This document shows, in pieces, positions 25,401-36,388 of a stretch of 64,000 nucleotides of DNA. Source of the stretch: an uncultured Holophagales bacterium (GTDB lineage Bacteria; Acidobacteriota; Thermoanaerobaculia; Multivoradales; UBA5704). Made by a program: the position numbers and the translations under genes. Location: positions 1,792,001 through 1,856,000 of the forward strand of contig CAWJGT010000003.1 in NCBI GenBank assembly GCA_963842525.1, in the 5' to 3' direction. Positions within the stretch are counted from its first letter, which is position 1. Each line of letters begins with the position of its first letter. A model generated the notes under the pieces. It saw only the letters and a program-made list of their open reading frames with translations, searched no databases and was not told the origin of the DNA.

Positions 25401-28400
25401 CCCTCCGGAGACGGCGCACCCTTCCTCGGTCAGCAGGAGGGCGATCCCTGCGTCCTGCGCCACGAAGGACCGCCAGTCGTCCGGATAGGCCGGATCGAGT
25501 GGCACATAGGCGGCTCCCGCTTTGAGGATGCCCAGAAGCGCCGCGATCAGCTCGCCGGAACGGCCCATCAGGACGCCCACGCGCTGCTCCGGGCCGGCAC
25601 CGAGCCGCCGCAGGTGATGGGCCAAGCGGTTGGCCCGCCGGTTCAAGGTGTCATAGGTCCAGCGTTCCTGGCCGCGCTTGTCCCCAATAACCAGGGCCGT
25701 GGCTTCGGGGGTGCGCGCCGCCTGCGCCTCGAACAGCTCATGCAGGCAGCCGATCCCTGCGGTTGGCCCGCTCTCCGCGCCGCTCCAGGCGAGCAGAATC
25801 TGGTCGCGCTCCTCGGCTGCCAAGAGCGGCAGCTCCGCGATCCGGCAATGATCCGCCGCGGCCATCCCGGCGAGCAGGCGGTCGAGGTGGCCGAGCATCC
25901 GTTCGGTAGTCGTCGCGTCGAACAGATCGGCGTCCCACTGCAAGGAGACGGCGAGCCCGGCGGGGAGCTCGGCCGCGGTCAGGGAAAGGTCGAGCTGGGC
26001 GGCGGGCGGCGCGAGGGGAAGAGACTCCAGGACCAGGCTTCCGACATTGAGCCGGACGCCCGGCACGCCCACGGCAAAGGCCGCGAGCGCGGCCAGCTCC
26101 GGCGCCGGGGATTTCTCGAAGGTCAGCATCGCCGCGACCAGCGGCGGCCGGCCGGGGTCGCGCTCGGGTTGCAGGCGCTCGGTGAGCAGGGCGAAGGGGA
26201 GATCCTGGTGCGCCAGCGCGTCGAGCACGGTGCTGCGCGTCCGCGCCATCAGCTTGCGGACCGCCACGTCTCCGGAGAGATTGGCGCGCAAGGGCACCAG
26301 GTTGACGAAGTAGCCCACCACCTCCCTCCACTCGCGTGCGGAGCGGCCGGCCATGGGGGCACCGGTGAGGAATTCCTCCTGGCCGCTCCAACGGGAGAGC
26401 ACGGCCTGCCAGGCGGCCAGCAGGGCGACGAAGGGCGTGCAGCCATGGGCGGCGGCGAGCCGGTGGACCGCCTCCGCCCGCTCCGACGAGGCAGGGAGCG
26501 TCCGCGTGCCGCCGCGCAGGGTCTGCACCGGACGCCGCGGCCGGTCGGTGGGCAGATCGAGCTGCTGCGTGCCGGCCAGGCGTTCCCGCCAGTGCTCCCA
26601 CAGCCGCTCGCCCGCGGGGCCTTCCAGCATCTGCTCCTGCCAGCGGGCGAAGTCGGTGTACAGGGCCGCCGGAGGAGGCAGGGTCTCTCCTGCCACGAGC
26701 GCACCGAGCTCGCGGGCCAGCACGGCCATGGACCAGAAGTCGGCCGCGACGTGGTGTATGGCCAAGGCGAGGAAGGCCTCGTCGCCACGCCGCAGCAGGA
26801 CCGCCCGCAGGAGTGGGCCGGCCGTGAGGTCGAACGGGCGATACGCCTCCGCATGCAGCCGTGCATGCATCTCCGCGTCGCTCCAGCCGGTCGCATCCAG
26901 AACCTCAAAGGCTGCCTCGACCCGCTCCGCCACCTGCTGCACCGGACCGCCAGGCGTGTCGGCGAACGTGGCGCGCAGCATGGGGTGGCGGTCCACCAGA
27001 GCCTGGAGCGCGCGGCCCAGGGAACCCTCGCCCCCCAACCCCCTCTCCCATCCTCCCTCCCGTCCCCCGGGAGAGGGGGCGATCCCGAGCCGCGCCGCAC
27101 CGGCGATGTTGTAGGCGGAGCTCTCCGGCGCCAGACGGTGGAGGAACCAGAGCGAGCGCTGGTTCCAGGACAGCGGGTGCTCGCCCGTTTCCCCCTCTCC
27201 CGGGCGGGTGGGAGTGCGGATGGGAGAGGGGGCCAGGGGGGGAGGGCCCACCCGCCGCTCCAGCTCCCGCAGGGTCATCCCCTCCAGCAGGTCCGCCAGG
27301 GGAAGGGAGACGCCGGCCACCTCCTCCACCGTCTGCTTCAGCTCCACGGCCGCCAGCGAATCCAGTCCCGACGCGGAGAGCGGAAGGTCCGGATCGACCC
27401 GGGAGGGGTCGATCCGCGCCGCGGCGGCAAACGTCCGGAGCAGCCAGTCCGGCGATCCCACCTGGACCTCGTCCGCGACGATGTCCGCAGCGGCTGGGGA
27501 GAGGCGGCTCGCGCCAAGGACGCGCAGCCCGCCCTGGAGATACAGCTCGCGGCAGGCGCGCCGCCGCACCTTGCCGCTGGACGTCCGGGGCAGCGTTTCC
27601 GGCCGGATCAGCACCACCTCCGCGACGCTCACTTCGTGCTTTTCGGCCACCGCCTGGCGCACCGCTGCGGCGATCTCCTCAGTCCTGCCGGCAACAGCGT
27701 GGCGTCCTACCTCATGGACGATCACCAGCCGTTCTTCCCCGGCGAGATCGACCGCGAAGGCGGTACCGCCACCGGGGCGCAGATCGGCGTGGCTACGCTC
27801 GGCGGTCAGCTCCAGGTCCTGCGGATAGTGGTTCCTGCCGCGCAGGATGATCAGGTCCTTGAGGCGGCCGGTGAGGAACAACTCGCTCTCGGAGACGAAT
27901 CCGAGGTCCCCGGTGCGCAGGAAGGGGCCGGTGCCGTCGGCGAGACGGGCGCCGAACGTCGCAGCCGTCTCCTCGGGCCGCTCCCAGTACCCCTGGGCGA
28001 CGCTCGGGCCGGCCACCCAGATCTCGCCGATGCGGCCGGGCGGACAGGGCGCTCCCGACTCCGGATCGACGGCCAGGACGGTCTGCATCGCCGCGCCGCA
28101 GCCCACCAGCTCGCGGCTCCGTGCCGTGTCTCCGGCATCCCCTGCGTCCCCGGCGTCCGCGGCCTCATGCCGTTCCAGAGCCTCCGCATCGAGTGCGCGC
28201 ACCCGGGGATTCCCCTCCTGGCGCCGTCCCGAGACGAGCAGCGTCGCCTCGGCGAGGCCGTAGCAAGGGCGAAACGCCGCGGCGCGGAAGCCGCAGGGCG
28301 CGAAGGCCGCGGCGAAACGCCGCAGCGTGCCGGCCCGCACCGGCTCGGCACCGTTGAAGGCCACCTGCCATGAGGAGAGGTCGAGGCCCTCCCGCTCCGC

Positions 28401-29219
28401 CGCCCCCACCTTGCGCACGCACACCTCATAGGCGAAGTTGGGGCCGCCGCTGGTCGTCGCGCGGTAGCGCGAGATGGCTTCCAGCCAGCGCGCCGGCCGC
28501 TGCAGGAACGCACCGGGGGTCATCAGGTAGCAGACCGCGCCGGTGTAGAGCGGCTGCAGCACCGTGCCGATCAGGCCCATGTCGTGGTAGAGCGGCAGCC
28601 AGCCCAGCACCACCGAATCGGACGACTGCTCGAACGTGCGGCGGATCAGCTCCTCGTTGTGCAGGAGGTTGGCATGGCTGACCATGACCCCTTTGGGGGA
28701 CGAGGTCGAGCCCGAGGTGTACTGGAGAAAGGCGAGCGCCTCCGGGCGCAGGTCTGGCCTTTGCCAGTCCGCGGCACCCTCTGTGGCGGGAGCCATCCGG
28801 CAGGCGGCGGAGAGCTCCGGGATCTCAGCGGCGGCGCTCTCCAGGACCGGCAACTGGTCGGCGGCGGCCAGCGCCACCCGCGGCCGGGCGTCGCGGCAGA
28901 TCGCCCGCAGGCGTGGATCGTCGCCGCGCCGGCGCGGCGGCAGGGCGGGGACCGCGACGGCGCCGGCATAGAGGCAGCCGAAGAAGGAGGCGATGAAATC
29001 CGGCCCTGGAGGAAGCAGCAGAACGACGCGCTCGCCGCCCGCACCCGCCGCCTGCAACGAGGCGCCGATCGCCCGGGCGCGGCCGTCGAGATCCGCGTAG
29101 CTGAGCCGCTCCTCGGCCACGCCGGTCTCGCTATGGGACAAAAAAACGTAGGCCGGGTGTTCCCCCTGTTCCGCCGCTCGTTTTTCTAAAGTCTCGGAAA
29201 TCGTTTCGTTCTGCGACAT
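16488..29219 (-). CDS. NRPS segment 1: FAAL-ACP-C-A(Ala)-T-C-A(unknown)-T-C(DCL type)-A(Asn)-T-E
   Basis: FAAL motifs: [49 protein letters not shown]; C motifs [28 protein letters not shown]-domain codes read by eye: DLFNNALTYK (Ala), DVWDYGAIDK, DLTKVGEVGK (Asn-type). T motifs GGHSL, GGDSI, GGDSI. E motifs [23 protein letters not shown]. The real start is MSQNET at 29219, not 29762. Confidence 0.92.
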   Translation of the reverse strand: MSQNETISETLEKRAAEQGEHPAYVFLSHSETGVAEERLSYADLDGRARAIGASLQAAGAGGERVVLLLPPGPDFIASFFGCLYAGAVAVPALPPRRRGDDPRLRAICRDARPRVALAAADQLPVLESAAAEIPELSAACRMAPATEGAADWQRPDLRPEALAFLQYTSGSTSSPKGVMVSHANLLHNEELIRRTFEQSSDSVVLGWLPLYHDMGLIGTVLQPLYTGAVCYLMTPGAFLQRPARWLEAISRYRATTSGGPNFAYEVCVRKVGAAEREGLDLSSWQVAFNGAEPVRAGTLRRFAAAFAPCGFRAAAFRPCYGLAEATLLVSGRRQEGNPRVRALDAEALERHEAADAGDAGDAGDTARSRELVGCGAAMQTVLAVDPESGAPCPPGRIGEIWVAGPSVAQGYWERPEETAATFGARLADGTGPFLRTGDLGFVSESELFLTGRLKDLIILRGRNHYPQDLELTAERSHADLRPGGGTAFAVDLAGEERLVIVHEVGRHAVAGRTEEIAAAVRQAVAEKHEVSVAEVVLIRPETLPRTSSGKVRRRACRELYLQGGLRVLGASRLSPAAADIVADEVQVGSPDWLLRTFAAAARIDPSRVDPDLPLSASGLDSLAAVELKQTVEEVAGVSLPLADLLEGMTLRELERRVGPPPLAPSPIRTPTRPGEGETGEHPLSWNQRSLWFLHRLAPESSAYNIAGAARLGIAPSPGGREGGWERGLGGEGSLGRALQALVDRHPMLRATFADTPGGPVQQVAERVEAAFEVLDATGWSDAEMHARLHAEAYRPFDLTAGPLLRAVLLRRGDEAFLALAIHHVAADFWSMAVLARELGALVAGETLPPPAALYTDFARWQEQMLEGPAGERLWEHWRERLAGTQQLDLPTDRPRRPVQTLRGGTRTLPASSERAEAVHRLAAAHGCTPFVALLAAWQAVLSRWSGQEEFLTGAPMAGRSAREWREVVGYFVNLVPLRANLSGDVAVRKLMARTRSTVLDALAHQDLPFALLTERLQPERDPGRPPLVAAMLTFEKSPAPELAALAAFAVGVPGVRLNVGSLVLESLPLAPPAAQLDLSLTAAELPAGLAVSLQWDADLFDATTTERMLGHLDRLLAGMAAADHCRIAELPLLAAEERDQILLAWSGAESGPTAGIGCLHELFEAQAARTPEATALVIGDKRGQERWTYDTLNRRANRLAHHLRRLGAGPEQRVGVLMGRSGELIAALLGILKAGAAYVPLDPAYPDDWRSFVAQDAGIALLLTEEGCAVSGGPEKNPAPLAGPGNLAYVMYTSGSTGRPKGVALEHHAPVERMHWARAAFPAEDLAGVLAATSICFDLSVFEIFAPLSWGGTVILADNALALPALPARGEVTLVNTVPSAMTELAAGELPPALRTVNLAGEALPPQLAERIYRHAQVEQVLNLYGPTEDATYSTWARVERGAARVSIGRPLPGTRAYVLDGRLQPVPGGVPGELFLAGAGGARGYLGRPDLTAVRFLPDPFAAVPGGRLYRTGDLARWLASGELEHLGRLDHQVKVRGFRIELGEIEAALLTHPEVRQAAVNVREIAGSKALVAYVAGEEPRPTAVGLRDHLRRRLPEHMIPAFFVLLPALPLTPNGKVDRKALPAPELENAEERWLAPRTPVEEILAGIWAEVLGRERVGVADHFFDLGGHSLLATQVISRLRNALGIEVPLRDLFAAPRLADLAARVEAMRRAGTVPPAPPLLAVPREGSLPLSFAQQRLWFIDQLEPGSPLYNMPGALRAEGPLDGAVLALCLGEIVRRHEALRTVFAAPEGSPVQVIRPAEPFLLPIVDLSELPQKEREALVVTLTGEEAARPFDLTGGPACSPLLRGLLLRLAERDHVVVLTVHHIASDGWSLGILVREIAALYPAFAEGTPSPLPELPVQYADFAVWQSSWLHGEVLEQEIAFWRRQLAGLPPLLELPTDRPRPAVQSYRGAARPVRLPAELTRQAEALGRREGATLFMVLLAGFQTLLARYSGQDDLTVGSPVAGRNRVETEGLIGFFVNTLVLRGDLAGTPTFRELLGRVREIALAAYLHQDAPFEKLVEELAPERSLAQTPLFQVMFELQNVPTASLDIQDLHLRPVGDFGDRGTMAKFDLTLALEERDGGLSGTMEHATDLFDATTIDRLTGHFERLLASAAAEPDLRVFDLPITSEAESAQILCEWNDTGIAGIAEGCLHQEVAAQAARTPSAVAVELGAERWTYRRLIGSARRLARHLRELGVGPDAIVGLCTERSPAMVVGMLAVLEAGGAWLPLDPSYPAERLAFLLDDAGARVLLVQEPLLERVPAEGRRVVLLDARWDSGEDMGQPLRTDVSPSNLSYVIYTSGSTGQPKGVMVTHRGICNRLRWAKQAYGLDERDAFLQKASLGFDVSVWECFTPLSAGARLVLASPGRQGEASYLARAIREHRITHIDFVPSMLAAFLAEEDVETCVSLRQIYTGGEALTPELRDRVLARLPVPLDNAYGPTEITIDTARWVCAPGQEPHRVPIGRPIANSRLYVVDPDLRPVPVGVAGELLVGGAGVTRGYLRRPGLTAERFVPDPFGGRPGDRLYRTGDLVCWLPDGSLDFLGRVDHQVKVRGFRIELGEIEVALVALPGVREAVVVVREGRLVAYVAGDIAVEELRQSLRERLPDYMVPAAFVTLAALPLTANGKMDRKALPAPEQPGAPEGYVAPRTREEEILAAVWAQVLRLPRVGVNDNFFELGGDSILSVQIVARARQAGLLFTVRQIFEHQTVAGLARHATATEMPSDFPRAGLDVHTFHKVASLLSDPKNVEDIYPLSPAQNGMLFHSLMAPESAVYVTQVTCTLPADLDARLFRQAWERLVERHEVLRTAFLWDGLDEPLQVVRKKVSFPWQDLDWRGLSAEERERRFEELRHGELHAPLPLTSAPLMRFSLVRLDRELGFIWTSHHLLLDGWSLPLLVQELGSVYAALREGREPIEPTLPPARPFSDYIAWLQRQEPAKAEPFWREELAGFTAPNPLGVLRVDHPAGADGVSGYAEHKLRVSPEVTAKLQALAARHRLTLQTVTLGAWAVLVSRYSSEEDVVFGSAVSGRPAALPDVETMIGMFINTLPVRVRVNDAEPLTSWLQRLQERQLARQEFEHSPLAQIQRWSEVPAGSPLFETLYVFENYPNIGNGGNAGNGGSGSLGIGNLRTFESTNYPITLELHTATDQVSLRLTSDRARVDEDAAPRLLQHLATLLAGMAEEPERRVGELGLLSRAEHHQAIAEWNDTGVPSAREMLLLDLLVARAEQAPELPAVAQGREQLSHGELAARSDRLAAHLRALGAGPDVLVALFLERSVDLVVALLAVLKAGGAYLPLDTSLPLPRLSFLLDDARPTLLLTRTRLLPDLPEHDSGIVCLDDLPEIAGAGVPAVRPAGDNLAYVLYTSGSTGHPKGVAVTHRGLANYLLWAAEAYPADEGRGAPVHSPLSFDLTVTSLFLPLLAGRCVELVPEEQGGEGLAMALAEGGFGLVKLTPAHLEVLQRLLPPERVSGCAGAFVIGGEPLSGEQLAFWRTHAPGLRLINEYGPTETVVGCCTYEVPGSPLPGPVPIGRPIANTRVLLLDQRLDPVPIGVPGELCIGGAGVCRGYLHRPALTAEKLVPDPFGTWGERLYRTGDLARRLPDGRIEFLGRTDHQVKVRGFRIEPGEIEAALAALPGAHQAVVVVRDQRLIAYVVGDVAVEELRQALRERLPDYMVPAAFVTLDALPLTANGKVDRKALPAPEQPSVESGYVVPRTREEEILAAVWAQVLRLPRVGVNDNFFELGGDSILSVQIVSRARQAGLLVTMRQIFEHPTVAGLARHATATDPSGSTGQGPVVGEVPLIPIQRWFFEEGFADPHHFNQALFLEPREPLAPAALERAMAAIVEHHDALRMRFDVHSWRQENAPAEPVAPCYQVDLSGLPVPRQGEAFERAAAALQAGFDLSAGPLIRLALFNAGAGQPARLFWVAHHLVVDGVSWRVLLEDLEGAYRQAARGLRPTFPPKTTSFQEWARRLAEHAGSDALARELEFWCETARARVPRLPVDFPGGTAGDLFGDEASVSFELSAGETADLLQTLPSVYHNRIDDALLSALVRALADWAGSPRLRVDLEGHGREPLFDDLDVSRTVGWFTSLYPVVLEAGDAGPGEALVSAKERLRAVPGRGIGYGLLRHLGNAEAVRLLEAAPGAEILFNYLGQVGSTSEESSLSGLPQPPPAPAGARAATAPTRWRSAVS
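27024..27080. repeat. CCCCTCTCCC...GGGAGAGGGG palindromic element inserted in frame in the NRPS C1 domain
   Basis: Inverted arms CCCCCTCTCCC / GGGAGAGGGGG; translates as [19 protein letters not shown]. Same family as 38162-38227, 38469-38537 and 38891-38954. Confidence 0.75.
27191..27246. repeat. Second copy (opposite orientation) of the CCCCTCTCCC palindromic element, in the ACP-C1 linker
   Basis: CCCCCTCTCCC-n-GGGAGAGGGGG; translates as [18 protein letters not shown]. Confidence 0.75.
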
Positions 29220-29655
29220 TTCGCCTCCGTGACTCACCTGCCAGGAGCTCGGCCGAGATGCCGGTGAAGGCTTCTTCCGCACGGTGTGCACGGTGTCACG
29301 CCGTTCCCGGCGCCCTGCAATTCCAACGATACTTCCATAGCAATAACCCTCGCGGCCCGTGGATCTGCAACCGCCTGCCTGCCGGCAAAAATTTCCGCGC
29401 GCTGTTGCAGGAAGACACCCGCCGGATCGCCTTCTCTGCGCACTCGATCCCCATCCCCATCCGGTTGCGTCCGGACGGGGTGAGCGCACCGCGAGGCCCG
29501 CTTCGCACGCGATGGCAGATGGCTCACGAGATTCTTTCTGACAGCACTTCCACGGAAGAGATAGAAGGGCGGTTTCAGATTGCAAAGGCGTACTGGGCAG
29601 GGCGTAGGAAGGAGTACTCATCGAAAATTCAACAATTAGTGGAGGCAAAGAAGTT

Positions 29656-29785
29656 CGCCTCGTCCAGGTCTTCGTCAACCTCCTTGCCAACGCAGCGCGC
29701 GCGCGGTCGAGGCCCGGCGTGAGGGCGAGGGGACGCGCGTCCGCGTCACCCTGCCGCGACATCGCGAGGCCGCGAGGGCCACGGC

Positions 29786-29789
<4 letters not shown>
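29656..29789 (+). pseudogene. Remnant of a sensor histidine kinase (HATPase_c C-terminal fragments)
   Basis: [13 protein letters not shown] (N-box) from 29656, then in another frame [11 protein letters not shown]...TA*. Its TGA (29787-29789) overlaps the response-regulator ATG (ATGA coupling). No start, and the G1/G2 region is missing. Confidence 0.7.
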
Positions 29790-30448
<659 letters not shown>

Positions 30449-30573
30449 TGGGGCGAGACGTTCTTAACCATCTGTCACTGCTTTTTGATGGACCGCGCCT
30501 GAGTTGGGCTGAGCAGAGGCTTTCAGGCAGGTGAGGAGATCGCGCCTCGCTTAACAATATCCAGACTCTTCTG

Positions 30574-31242
30574 ATGCCGGGGCTCGACGGAACCGGGGAG
30601 CTGTTCCACGAGCTTCTCCGCTCCTGCCCGCCCAACCTCACTCCTCGGGTCATCACCTACCCAAGGAACGAGGTGCAGGATTCCGGAGAGATCGTTCGAC
30701 AAAGTTTGAGCACCTTTGGCCAGGACAGTAGGTCTCTCCTCATTGCGGAGTCGTTCTCCGGACCCTATGCGGTCCGCGCTGCCCAGGAGATGGGCTCCCG
30801 TCTCCTCGGTATTGTTCTGTGCAACAGCTTCGTCACGTCTCCGATCCCGGCGATCCTTCGGCTGGCGCCTCTCTCGCTCTTCTTCCGTCTCCCGATCCCG
30901 CGCTGGGCCATTCGGCACTACCTCGTCGGAGCGCGTGCTTCAGAGGATCTTGTCTCTCGAGTCGGCAATACGGTCCGCACGGTTGATCCTGCCATCCTGG
31001 CAGGACGTGTGAGAACCGTCATGGCCGCTGATGTACGCGCGGAGCTGCGCGCGTGCGAGGTCCCCATCCTGTACATTCGGGGCACCGAGGATCGGCTCGT
31101 TCCGGAACGGAGTGTTGCCGAGATCCTGCGCCTTCAGCCGAAGGTGGTCGTCCGCCGGATCGAGGGGCCTCACTTCCTTCTGCAGGCGGCTGCGGCGCAA
31201 GCCTGGGCGGCGGTGCAGGAATTCATTCGACGGGTGGCCTGA
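30574..31242 (+). CDS. Alpha/beta-fold hydrolase
   Basis: PGLDGTG oxyanion region, AESFSG nucleophile elbow, GTEDRLV acid, GPHFLLQ histidine. Start may be slightly upstream. Confidence 0.8.
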   Translation: MPGLDGTGELFHELLRSCPPNLTPRVITYPRNEVQDSGEIVRQSLSTFGQDSRSLLIAESFSGPYAVRAAQEMGSRLLGIVLCNSFVTSPIPAILRLAPLSLFFRLPIPRWAIRHYLVGARASEDLVSRVGNTVRTVDPAILAGRVRTVMAADVRAELRACEVPILYIRGTEDRLVPERSVAEILRLQPKVVVRRIEGPHFLLQAAAAQAWAAVQEFIRRVA

Positions 31243-31257
31243 TAGGATACGTCCTCG

Positions 31258-31755
31258 ATGCGCATCGAACTGGAGCCCGCTACTGCCGAGGACGCTGCGG
31301 CCATCGCGGTACTGCAGACCTCGGTCGCCCAGGACCTGACTTCGAAGCACGGGAAGGGGCCGTGGTCCTCGGCGGTCTCGGAGAGGGGCGTGCTCTTCCA
31401 TATGAGAAATGGGAGGGTCTATGTGGCGAGGCAGGACAATGGTGCGATCGCGACCCTGACGCTTTGTACCAAGAAGCCCTGGGCGATTGACAAGAGCTAC
31501 TTCACCGCGTGCAAGAAGCCGATCTATCTGCTGAACATGGCGGTCGATCCCGCGTTGCAGCGCACGGGGATCGGCAGGCTCTGCCTCGAAGAAGCGAAGA
31601 GGATCGGCAAGGAGTGGCCAGGGGATGCCATTCGGCTCGATGCCTTCGACGCCGCAGCGGGTGCAGAGGACTTCTATCGGAAGTGTGGTTTCCGAGAGGT
31701 CGGACGAGTGACGTATAGAAAAGTCCCGCTGGTATATTTTGAGATGCTCTTGTGA
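31258..31755 (+). CDS. GNAT-family N-acetyltransferase
   Basis: MAVDPALQRTGIGRL (motif A), IRLDA, FYRKCGF. Confidence 0.88.
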   Translation: MRIELEPATAEDAAAIAVLQTSVAQDLTSKHGKGPWSSAVSERGVLFHMRNGRVYVARQDNGAIATLTLCTKKPWAIDKSYFTACKKPIYLLNMAVDPALQRTGIGRLCLEEAKRIGKEWPGDAIRLDAFDAAAGAEDFYRKCGFREVGRVTYRKVPLVYFEMLL

Positions 31756-32324
31756 TTCTTGCCTCGTAAGCCAAGAAGCCCGGCCCAGAGCCCGCAGGCG
31801 CCACCGACGAGGTGAGCGAGAGGGACGGGGACGAAGAGTCCCTCCGAGCCCGCGAAGAGCGCCGTTCCTGACACTGACTCGTAGCCCACCTTGAGCAGGA
31901 AAGCCACGAGCGCGGCCCCGGCCGCGAGCGCCGGCCCGGAACGCAGACTCCCGATCCTCTCGATCTCTTCACGGAGGAGGAGGATCGCAGCGAGCACGAA
32001 CAGCGCCGAGTCGATGCCGGAGAGCCCACGGTACGTCTCCATGTCCGGGAGCGCGATCCATAGGACCGGCGGGATCAGCAAGGCTGAGGCTGCGACGGTT
32101 GCAAGGAAGGCCCGTCGTCCACGGGCCTCGCAGAGGACCGCGAGCAGGACGAAGACGGCGAGGTCCCAGACCAGATGGCGCACGGACCAGTGCGTCCAGT
32201 GGCATGTCACCAGGCGCCAGATCTCGCCGCGGGCCATGGCCACGCGATCAAACTGGAGACGCTCCGCCCAGCCCGGGAGCTGGAAGAGCAGGGCCGGTAG
32301 AGCCAGAAACAGCCAGCGTTTCAT
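31674..32324 (-). CDS. Rhombosortase-like rhomboid intramembrane serine protease
   Basis: GEIWRLVTCHWTHWSVRHLVWD (WR motif), YRGLSG catalytic Ser, AHLVGG catalytic His, multiple TM helices; AAGGAGG RBS upstream of ATG 32324. Confidence 0.82.
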   Translation of the reverse strand: MKRWLFLALPALLFQLPGWAERLQFDRVAMARGEIWRLVTCHWTHWSVRHLVWDLAVFVLLAVLCEARGRRAFLATVAASALLIPPVLWIALPDMETYRGLSGIDSALFVLAAILLLREEIERIGSLRSGPALAAGAALVAFLLKVGYESVSGTALFAGSEGLFVPVPLAHLVGGACGLWAGLLGLRGKNHKSISKYTSGTFLYVTRPTSRKPHFR

Positions 32325-32350
32325 CTCCACCCTCCTTCGACGTCCAGGAG

Positions 32351-32366
32351 AGCGATCGCCATGCCA
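32351..32366 (-). promoter_or_regulatory. Sigma54 (-24/-12) promoter driving the rhombosortase
   Basis: Minus strand TGGCATGGCGATCGCT against consensus TGGCACG-N4-TTGCW, with GG and GC at canonical spacing. It lies just upstream of the RBS and faces a divergent bEBP gene. Confidence 0.75.
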
Positions 32367-32458
32367 TCCCTGGCCGCAACGGCTCATCCTGTTGTGCAGA
32401 AAAGGCTTGTCGGAAAAGGATGACTCGACCGTCTTCGGAGTGCATGGTAAAGGCCGGT

Positions 32459-32491
32459 CATCCGATGTAGAGTGCATGTGCATCCGATGTA
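32459..32491. promoter_or_regulatory. Candidate enhancer (UAS): CATCCGATGTA direct repeat, 22 bp apart
   Basis: Copies at 32459-32469 and 32481-32491, about 100-125 bp upstream of the sigma54 promoter. Confidence 0.5.
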
Positions 32492-32509
32492 CGAGGAGGG
32501 CCACTGATT

Positions 32510-34072
32510 TTGCCGAGCCGCTCGATCCTTTCCGATCGTGAGCGGGAGACGCTGGAGGCGATCTCCCGGCTCACCCACGGCAACCCGTTCGGGACCGACC
32601 GCCTGCAGTGGGAGCGGGAGGTGCTGGGCGAGGCGTTCACGCCGTTCGACGTGGTCTGGCACGCGCGGGCCGACCGGGTGGACGCCAACCCCAACGTGCC
32701 CCGCATCGCGGAGCGGGCGCAGGTGCTGGCGGAAGACCTGCGGGCGCGCCTCGCCCGCGGCGGTTCCGCGCTGCGCCACGAGCTCGAGCTCTACCGCGAC
32801 CTCGTCTTCTATCTCCTTTACTACAGCTTCGAAAAGCGGTTCTACGAGGTCATCACCGGTGAGGGCGGGCTGCGGGGGGTCCGGTTCTACAGGGATTTCC
32901 GGGCCGACCTGTCCTCCTGGCTCGAGCTTCCCGGGATTTCATGGAGCGAGCCGATCGATCCGGGCCACCTGTTCTCCTGCTTCTTCCAGATCCGGCGGGC
33001 CTTCCACTCCACATTCCATTCGATCGTGGGCGGATCGCTTCCGGCCGCCCGCCTGCGCGAACAGGTCTGGCAGTCGATCTTCACCTGCGACCTGCGGCGG
33101 TATCAGCGTTTCCTTTTCTTGCGTATGGGCGACATCACTACCCTGGTCACCGGACCGTCCGGAACCGGCAAGGAGCTGGTGGCGCGGTCCATTGCCGACT
33201 CGCGCTACATTCCTTTCGATGCGGAGGCCCTCGCCTTCCGCGACAGCGCGGAGGAGCCCTTCTTTCCTCTGAACCTCTCGGCCCTCTCGCCCACGCTCAT
33301 CGAGTCCGAGCTCTTCGGGCACTGCCGGGGCGCCTTTACCGGGGCCGTGGCCGACCGCGCCGGCTGGCTGGAGGTTTGCCCGCCTCTGGGCACCGTGTTC
33401 CTGGACGAGATCGGCGAGGTCGATCCGTCCATCCAGGTGAAGCTCCTGCGGGTGCTGGAGACGCGCAGCTTCCAGCGTCTGGGAGACACCAAGCCCCGCC
33501 GTTTCCAGGGCAAGATCGTGGCGGCCACCAACCGCGATCTCGCGGCCGAGATGCGCGCCGGCCGGTTCCGCGACGATCTCTACTACCGGCTCTGCTCGGA
33601 CATCCTGGTCACCCCTTCGTTGCGGGAGCGGCTCGCGGATTCGCCGCAGGAGCTTTCGGATCTGGTCCTGTTCCTGGCCCAGAGAGTGGTCGGAGAGGAG
33701 CTGGCCGAGGAGGTGGCGCGCGAGGTGGAATCCTGGATCGGCGAGCACCTGGGCCCCGGCTATCCCTGGCCCGGCAACGTCCGGGAGCTCGCCCAGTGCC
33801 TGAACAACGTCCTGATCCGCCGCGATTACCGTCCAGCCGGCGAGGGAGGGGACAGCGGAGCGCGGGAACGGCTCGCCGCGGACTTCCTCGCCGGGGGCCT
33901 GCCGGCCGAGGACATCCTGCGCCGCTACTGCACGCTGGCTTACCTCCACAGCGGCAGCTACGAAGAGACCGCCCGCCGGATCGGGCTCGACCGGCGGACG
34001 GTCAAGTCGCGGGTGGACCCGGATCTGCTAAGGGAGCTGCGCGATCCCGCCGTGAGGAGGGCCCATGGTTGA
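32510..34072 (+). CDS. Sigma54-dependent enhancer-binding transcriptional activator (AAA+, Fis-type HTH), unrecognised N-terminal domain
   Basis: GPSGTGKE, ESELFGH..GAFTGA, FLDEIGE, QVKLLRVLE, AATNRDL, FRDDLYYRL, YPWPGNVREL, TARRIGLDRRTV. Confidence 0.92.
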   Translation: MPSRSILSDRERETLEAISRLTHGNPFGTDRLQWEREVLGEAFTPFDVVWHARADRVDANPNVPRIAERAQVLAEDLRARLARGGSALRHELELYRDLVFYLLYYSFEKRFYEVITGEGGLRGVRFYRDFRADLSSWLELPGISWSEPIDPGHLFSCFFQIRRAFHSTFHSIVGGSLPAARLREQVWQSIFTCDLRRYQRFLFLRMGDITTLVTGPSGTGKELVARSIADSRYIPFDAEALAFRDSAEEPFFPLNLSALSPTLIESELFGHCRGAFTGAVADRAGWLEVCPPLGTVFLDEIGEVDPSIQVKLLRVLETRSFQRLGDTKPRRFQGKIVAATNRDLAAEMRAGRFRDDLYYRLCSDILVTPSLRERLADSPQELSDLVLFLAQRVVGEELAEEVAREVESWIGEHLGPGYPWPGNVRELAQCLNNVLIRRDYRPAGEGGDSGARERLAADFLAGGLPAEDILRRYCTLAYLHSGSYEETARRIGLDRRTVKSRVDPDLLRELRDPAVRRAHG

Positions 34073-34300
34073 CAAGGTCGTCTCTGCAGCCTCGAAGGTG
34101 CCGTTCTGGACGGTCAGCTCCTTCTCGTTCGAGGCAAAGGCGACGAGGTTCCCGGTCCTGAAGTCGAGCACGACCGTGAGGGTGTACCCGGACGAGGCCA
34201 GATAGGAGACGGCGTAGACGTCTTCGCCGACCTGGGCGACTTCGGACTTCTCCGCGCGGGCAGGCTTGCCCTTGGCCTCGCCGGTTTTTCCGTCGAGCTC
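34028..34300 (-). pseudogene. C-terminal remnant of a MoaF-like beta-barrel protein lacking its N-terminus
   Basis: EVAQVGEDVYAVSYLASSGYTLTVVLDFRTGNLVAFASNEKELTVQNGTFE resembles MoaF-N-like proteins. No start codon/RBS before the eCIS promoter region. Confidence 0.5.
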
Positions 34301-34314
34301 ACGCCCAGATGGGG

Positions 34315-34341
34315 TGAGGGGGTCTCTCCTTCTCCCTCGTT
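34315..34341 (+). promoter_or_regulatory. TGAGGG-N17-CGTT motif copy 1 (upstream of sheath)
   Basis: TGAGGG 34315-34320, CGTT 34338-34341; same spacing as four other copies. Confidence 0.6.
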
Positions 34342-34453
34342 GTGTGGACGAGTAGATGAAGCGGCTCCTGGGGCGACCCGGAGCGGCGAGGCACCAACGA
34401 GAACTGTGCGCCCTGTCGGCCGGAAGGCGAGGGTCGCCAAGGAGAGAGCTCTT

Positions 34454-36367
34454 ATGCCAACGTACCTTCGGCCCGGGGTGTACGTCGAGGAGATCCCGAG
34501 CGGCTCGAAGCCGATCGGGGGAGTCGGCACTTCCACCGCCGCCTTCCTCGGATTCACCACCCGGGGGACGACCGATGATCCCACCCTGATCTTCAAGTGG
34601 GACGACTACCAGCGCCTGTACGGCGGGATTCGCGACACCGGGACCTCCGCCCAGGGCGACCCGATGGGCCATAGCGTCTTCGCCTTTTTCCAGAACGGCG
34701 GCACCGCCGCCTATATCGTGCGCCTGGCCGAGGGCGGCATCCGCTCCCGCGGCGCGATCCTGCACCCCGCTGCGGACACCACACTCTCGCCGGATGACCA
34801 ACTCGTCACCTGGACGGCTGCCAACGAGGGTGCCTGGGGCAACGATGTGCGGGTGCTGTTCAACCCCAAAACCGTGGGTGGTAAAACCACCTACGTCGCG
34901 CAGATCGGCACCGGCTCGGGCGACGATTTCCAGACACTCGAGACCTTCGGCGGGATGTCCCTCACCCAGGGCGACCCCCACTACATCGAGGGCAGGATCA
35001 ACGGCGTCTCCTCGCTGGTCACGGCGAAGGTCGAGCCCGCCTCGACCCACATGCAGGGCGTCAGCATCGGCCGGGATATGGCCAGCGTCGTCCTCAACAC
35101 CCTCAACGGCCAGTCGATGTCGGTGACAGTGGACGGCACCGCTCGCAACATCAGCTTCACCGCCAGCGAAATCGGCGACGGTGCCAAGCTCGCCGATGTG
35201 GCGGCCAAGATCCAGGAGAAGGTGCGCGAAGGCGAGAACGCTCCTGCCGTCGAGAATTTCACGGCCACGGCAGCCAACAACCGGATCGTACTGACCTCGG
35301 GCTCGCGCACCGCCACCTCCTCGGTCGTGGTCGCTCCAGCCGGCACGGCGGCGGTGATCCTCGGCCTGGGCACCGGCAACCAGGGGACGGAGCGGACGGG
35401 CGACCAGAGCCTGCGCCGTGTGCTCCCCGGGTCCAACCCCCGTGTGGAGGCCGCGCTGGCCAACGGCGGCGACGGCAGCACGGCGGGCAGCAACGCCTAC
35501 CAGGCCGCCTTCGCCAAGCTGGAGAAGATCCGCGACATCAGCATCCTCTCCCTGCCCGGCCGCGCCTATGACAACGCGGGCAAGGCGCTCGTCGACTCGG
35601 CCATCGCCCACGCGCAGAAGATGCGCAACCGGGTGGTGATCGTCGATCCGCCGCAGGGTGCGCAGCTCGTCACCGAGAACGACGTCAACGGCCTCGGCCT
35701 GCCGACGTCGACCTACTCGGTCCTCTACTACCCCTGGCTCAAGGTCGCCAACCCGTTCTACAGCGCCGAGAAGAATCCGGGCGCGCCGGTGACCGTGCTC
35801 GTGCCGCCGTCCGGCTTCGCTGCCGGCATGTGGTCGCGCATCGACGGCCGCCGCGGCGTCTGGAAGGCGCCGGCCGGCGTCGAGACGGCGCTCCTGGGCG
35901 TCGCGGGCTCCGAGTTCCAGGTCGAGGACGGCGAGCAGGACCAGCTCAACCCGCTGGGCGTCAACTGCATCCGCAAGCTGCCCAACTTCGGGCCGGTCAT
36001 CTGGGGCACCCGCACGCTGTCGACCAACGCCGACCCGGAGTGGCGCTACGTGCCGGTCCGCCGCACGGCCATCTTCATCGAGCAGAGCGTCTACAACGGC
36101 ATCCAGTGGGCCGTGTTCGAGCCCAACAATCACCAGCTCTGGTCGTCGCTGCGGGTCAACATCGATTCGTTCATGAACGGCCTGTTCCGCGCCGGAGCGT
36201 TCCAGGGCGAGAAGGCGTCCGACGCCTACTTCGTCCGCTGCGGCCTCGGCGACACCATGACCCAGGGCGACATCGACCGTGGCCAGGTCATCGTGGTGGT
36301 GGGCTTCGCGCCGCTCAAGCCGGCCGAGTTCGTCATCGTCCGCATCCAGCAGAAGGTCGGACAGTAA
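34454..36367 (+). CDS. Contractile tail sheath protein (eCIS, Afp2/3/4-like)
   Basis: MPTYLRPGVYVEE, FFQNGG, YYPW, PPSG, RGVWKAPAG, LNPLGVNCIR, WGTRTL, YVPVRR, WAVFEPN, APLKPAEFV. RBS upstream of ATG 34454. Confidence 0.96.
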   Translation: MPTYLRPGVYVEEIPSGSKPIGGVGTSTAAFLGFTTRGTTDDPTLIFKWDDYQRLYGGIRDTGTSAQGDPMGHSVFAFFQNGGTAAYIVRLAEGGIRSRGAILHPAADTTLSPDDQLVTWTAANEGAWGNDVRVLFNPKTVGGKTTYVAQIGTGSGDDFQTLETFGGMSLTQGDPHYIEGRINGVSSLVTAKVEPASTHMQGVSIGRDMASVVLNTLNGQSMSVTVDGTARNISFTASEIGDGAKLADVAAKIQEKVREGENAPAVENFTATAANNRIVLTSGSRTATSSVVVAPAGTAAVILGLGTGNQGTERTGDQSLRRVLPGSNPRVEAALANGGDGSTAGSNAYQAAFAKLEKIRDISILSLPGRAYDNAGKALVDSAIAHAQKMRNRVVIVDPPQGAQLVTENDVNGLGLPTSTYSVLYYPWLKVANPFYSAEKNPGAPVTVLVPPSGFAAGMWSRIDGRRGVWKAPAGVETALLGVAGSEFQVEDGEQDQLNPLGVNCIRKLPNFGPVIWGTRTLSTNADPEWRYVPVRRTAIFIEQSVYNGIQWAVFEPNNHQLWSSLRVNIDSFMNGLFRAGAFQGEKASDAYFVRCGLGDTMTQGDIDRGQVIVVVGFAPLKPAEFVIVRIQQKVGQ

Positions 36368-36388
36368 AGGTATAGGGAGATACGAGAC

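Noticed and set aside
29220-29762. 181-aa N-terminal extension of the 4424-aa ORF
   Set aside because: No domain content; it overlaps the kinase remnant on the other strand, and a good RBS and ATG sit at 29219 where FAAL homology starts.
30574-31755. Hydrolase and GNAT as NRPS tailoring (type II thioesterase/acetyltransferase)
   Set aside because: They are divergent from the NRPS, separated by a decayed two-component pair, and the hydrolase lacks the GHSMG TEII signature; there is no evidence of linkage.
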